Virus record (IMG/VR): IMGVR_UViG_3300001796_000001
From: a virus
DNA length: 6,694 nucleotides
Reading direction: 5' to 3' (one strand)
A model generated the notes under the pieces. The model was not told where the DNA came from, did not search any database, and saw nothing but the letters and a program-made list of their open reading frames with translations. Positions 5,334-6,694 of the stretch are shown one piece after another. The position numbers were made by a program, and so were the translations under genes. Every line of letters starts with the position of its first letter. Positions within the stretch are counted from its first letter, which is position 1.

Positions 5334-5368
5334 TCAGGTGCTCCTGACCACTAACTGAGGTTCTTGTC

Positions 5369-5701
5369 ATGGCAGAACGCGCCCTTATCCTCTCGTGTGA
5401 TAGCTGGGAAATGCCCGACGAAAAAACCGGCGAAATTCGCAAGGGTCTTTCCGTCTGGTACGTCAACGACTACCGCGAAGACACCGCCGGTAGTTTCGGA
5501 TTCAAACCGACCAAGGTTAGCGCTGACTCTGCGCTGATTGACCGTTTGCGCGATGCCAAGTTGCCAGCGCTGTTCGATTTGGACTTCGGCAGTCGCCCAG
5601 GTGCACAGGGTAAAGCGACCCTGACGCTGACCGGGCTAACCAAGGTTCAGAACGTGAACCTCTTTGCCGTTTCCCGTCAACAGCAACCGGCGACTGCCTA
5701 A
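5369..5701 (+). CDS. Putative ssDNA-binding protein (gene V analogue), 110 aa; function assigned by position
   Basis: ATG with GAGG 8 nt upstream. It is the first gene after the rep/repressor region and has a suitable size. I recognise no diagnostic motif. Confidence 0.55.
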   Translation: MAERALILSCDSWEMPDEKTGEIRKGLSVWYVNDYREDTAGSFGFKPTKVSADSALIDRLRDAKLPALFDLDFGSRPGAQGKATLTLTGLTKVQNVNLFAVSRQQQPATA

Positions 5702-5788
5702 ATGCTGGCCGCTAGCCTCTGGCTCTTCTCCACTCTGATCGGCGGCGGCGCCTGCCTCGTCGTGGTTCGCCGGGAGCTGCGGCCATGA
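5702..5788 (+). CDS. 28-aa hydrophobic protein (pVII/pIX-like candidate)
   Basis: The ATG directly abuts the upstream TAA. The sequence is MLAASLWLFSTLIGGGACLVVVRRELRP, a TM core with a basic tail. Its stop overlaps the next ATG (ATGA). Confidence 0.45.
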   Translation: MLAASLWLFSTLIGGGACLVVVRRELRP

Positions 5789-5958
5789 AAAAGCTGTCAC
5801 GTTACGCCGTTGCACTGCTGTGGCATTGGTCTATCCCGTTCGTCTTGGGTGGCGTGTTCGCTTATGTCGTGATGGCTTGGCAGTTCTCTGTCCTCGCTCC
5901 TGACATAGAACGCGCCTTCGAGGCGGCAATCGGCTCCTACTGTGGGGTTAAGCAATGA
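5785..5958 (+). CDS. 57-aa membrane protein
   Basis: GGGAG lies 8 nt upstream. The protein has the TM segment WSIPFVLGGVFAYVVMAW and ATGA overlaps at both ends. It is below the ORF-track size cutoff. Confidence 0.55.
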   Translation: MKKLSRYAVALLWHWSIPFVLGGVFAYVVMAWQFSVLAPDIERAFEAAIGSYCGVKQ

Positions 5959-6179
5959 GTTCGGGCGTTCTCCGCTGTGATGGCGACGTGGCCATTTCGG
6001 TGGATGGTGCCCCCCTGTGTTCCGGTGTCTGGACGCTTGTTCCGGTGCCTGAGCCGTTCAGCCTTGAAATGCTCGACCCCGCCGACCTTGGCGCCGCGTT
6101 CTCGGCTGGATTCGTAATAGTGGGCTCCTGCTGGTTCGCCGGCCGGTGTTTCCGCGCTGTCCTTTCTCTTCTTCGCTGA
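5955..6179 (+). CDS. 74-aa membrane / minor virion protein candidate
   Basis: ORF in the track, translationally coupled by ATGA. Its C-terminus has a TM segment and basic tail (AAFSAGFVIVGSCWFAGRCFRAVLSLLR). Confidence 0.6.
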   Translation: MSSGVLRCDGDVAISVDGAPLCSGVWTLVPVPEPFSLEMLDPADLGAAFSAGFVIVGSCWFAGRCFRAVLSLLR

Positions 6180-6190
6180 GGTAACAAACC

Positions 6191-6319
6191 ATGGATGCAA
6201 TCGTAACTGCTGTCTCCGTCACTGACGTCGTTGCCGGCATTGGCGCTATCGCTGGCGTCATCGCTCTGGCTCTGGTCGCCCGCATGGGTGCCCGCAAGCT
6301 GCTCGGCATGATCCGTTAA
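6191..6319 (+). CDS. Major coat protein (pVIII analogue), 42 aa, no signal peptide
   Basis: The sequence is MDAIVTAVSVTDVVAGIGAIAGVIALALVARMGARKLLGMIR: an acidic N-terminus, a hydrophobic core and a basic C-terminus. GAGG lies 9 nt upstream and a strong terminator follows. Confidence 0.8.
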   Translation: MDAIVTAVSVTDVVAGIGAIAGVIALALVARMGARKLLGMIR

Positions 6320-6345
6320 GGGTCATCGCGTCGGGCGGTACAAAC

Positions 6346-6375
6346 GAAGGGGCCGCGCGCCCCTTCTTTCGTTTC
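6346..6375 (+). terminator. Rho-independent terminator after the major coat gene
   Basis: The stem GAAGGGGC/GCCCCTTC has a 5-nt loop and is followed by TTTCGTTTC. This position is typical for inoviruses. Confidence 0.7.
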
Positions 6376-6385
6376 TGGAGGGGCT

Positions 6386-6460
6386 ATGGATCAGGTCTGG
6401 TATCTCACGATGTTCATCCTCGGCGGTGCATCCGCCTTTGTCGCATTCACGGGGGCATAA
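6386..6460 (+). CDS. 24-aa hydrophobic ORF (MDQVWYLTMFILGGASAFVAFTGA)
   Basis: The RBS GGAGGGG lies 2 nt upstream of the ATG, and the stop is 1 nt before the pIII-like ATG. It has a single TM-like segment. It is too short for certainty. Confidence 0.4.
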   Translation: MDQVWYLTMFILGGASAFVAFTGA

Positions 6461-6461
6461 C

Positions 6462-6694
6462 ATGCGCCGGATTCTTCTCGGACTAGCGTTGCTCGTGGTT
6501 ATGCAGGCGTCCGCTTATGCGGAGAGCTACTACTGGACGATCCCGTTTCCTGCCGACAATTTCAGATACGCCACTGGTGTCGCCGCGTGTAACGCGAATC
6601 ATGCGTATTATCAGCAATTGAATCCCGGATACGACAGGTATGACCAGAGGATCGTCCCCGGCGAAACGTCGTTCTACTGTGAGACAACGGGGTT
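6462..6694 (+). CDS. 5' part of the pIII-like adsorption protein gene (continues at 1-1349)
   Basis: ATG with GGGGG 6 nt upstream. The signal peptide MRRILLGLALLVVMQASAYA is followed by ES. It is in frame with ORF 3-1349 through the 79-nt redundancy. Confidence 0.8.
   Translation, partial: MRRILLGLALLVVMQASAYAESYYWTIPFPADNFRYATGVAACNANHAYYQQLNPGYDRYDQRIVPGETSFYCETTG
6616..6694. repeat. Terminal redundancy, right copy (identical to 1-79)
   Basis: All 79 nt match the window start exactly. This implies a 6615-bp circular unit or a tandem copy. Confidence 0.95.

Larger units (their letters stand above)
1..6615 (+). mobile_element. Complete genome unit of a filamentous ssDNA phage (Inoviridae-like), circular or tandem
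   Basis: The gene order is canonical for inoviruses: Rep, ssb-like, small TM proteins, short major coat, large adsorption protein, pVI-like, Zot/pI ATPase. These genes are tightly packed on one strand with ATGA and TAA-ATG couplings. Window ends 1-79 and 6616-6694 are identical and rejoin one ORF in frame. Confidence 0.85.

Noticed and set aside
5327-5356. Promoter using the TTGACG inside the 20-bp palindrome as a -35 (either strand), and TTGACG at 3664-3669 as a rep -35
   Set aside because: No acceptable -10 hexamer lies 16-18 bp downstream in any of these cases (ACTAAC/CTAACT, TTGCGG, CCCGCG). The TTGACG motifs are better explained as operator half-sites.
5937-6309. Minus-strand ORFs opposite the small coat-region genes (5937-6200, 5948-6187, 6058-6309)
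   Set aside because: They are antisense to tightly coupled plus-strand genes, including the unmistakable major coat gene. Their products are basic and low-complexity.
1-6694. CRISPR arrays, tRNA/rRNA genes, transposase or IS ends
   Set aside because: I saw no regularly spaced direct repeats, no cloverleaf-like or rRNA-like segments, and no transposase-like ORF or terminal inverted repeats on either strand.

Overview
The window is one complete, circularly closed genome unit of a filamentous ssDNA phage (Inoviridae-like, GC-rich, probably from a beta- or gamma-proteobacterial host). Bases 1-79 are identical to 6616-6694, so the unit is 6615 bp and the cut falls inside the adsorption-protein gene. 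Starting from the intergenic region, the + strand carries an HUH rolling-circle Rep (3753-5132), a putative ssDNA-binding protein (5369-5701) and three small overlapping membrane-protein genes (5702-6179). These are followed by a 42-aa leaderless major coat protein (6191-6319) with a terminator, a 24-aa hydrophobic ORF, and a 500-aa Cys-rich pIII-like adsorption protein (6462 across the junction to 1349). A pVI-like protein (1359-1634) and a Zot/pI assembly ATPase (1638-2879) complete the core. The only credible minus-strand gene is an HTH (Cro/CI-type) repressor (4906-5283), which overlaps the rep 3' end convergently by 227 nt. No integrase, no secretin and no convincing dif-like attP are present. 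The features beyond a textbook inovirus are: (1) an accessory cassette between zot and the intergenic region, with a basic 123-aa protein, a possible 28-aa membrane peptide, its own promoter and terminator, and three exact copies of AGGTAACGTTAC; (2) a second operator family, a perfect 20-bp palindrome in the repressor/ssb divergent region plus a degenerate copy upstream of rep; (3) a canonical intrinsic terminator on the minus strand just upstream of the rep RBS, suggesting antisense RNA control of rep; (4) a hairpin- and repeat-rich intergenic region, probably ori and packaging signal; and (5) a paralogous block shared by the 5' ends of rep and the ssb-like gene. All functional assignments rest on motifs, gene order and sequence geometry only. 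No database search was possible.
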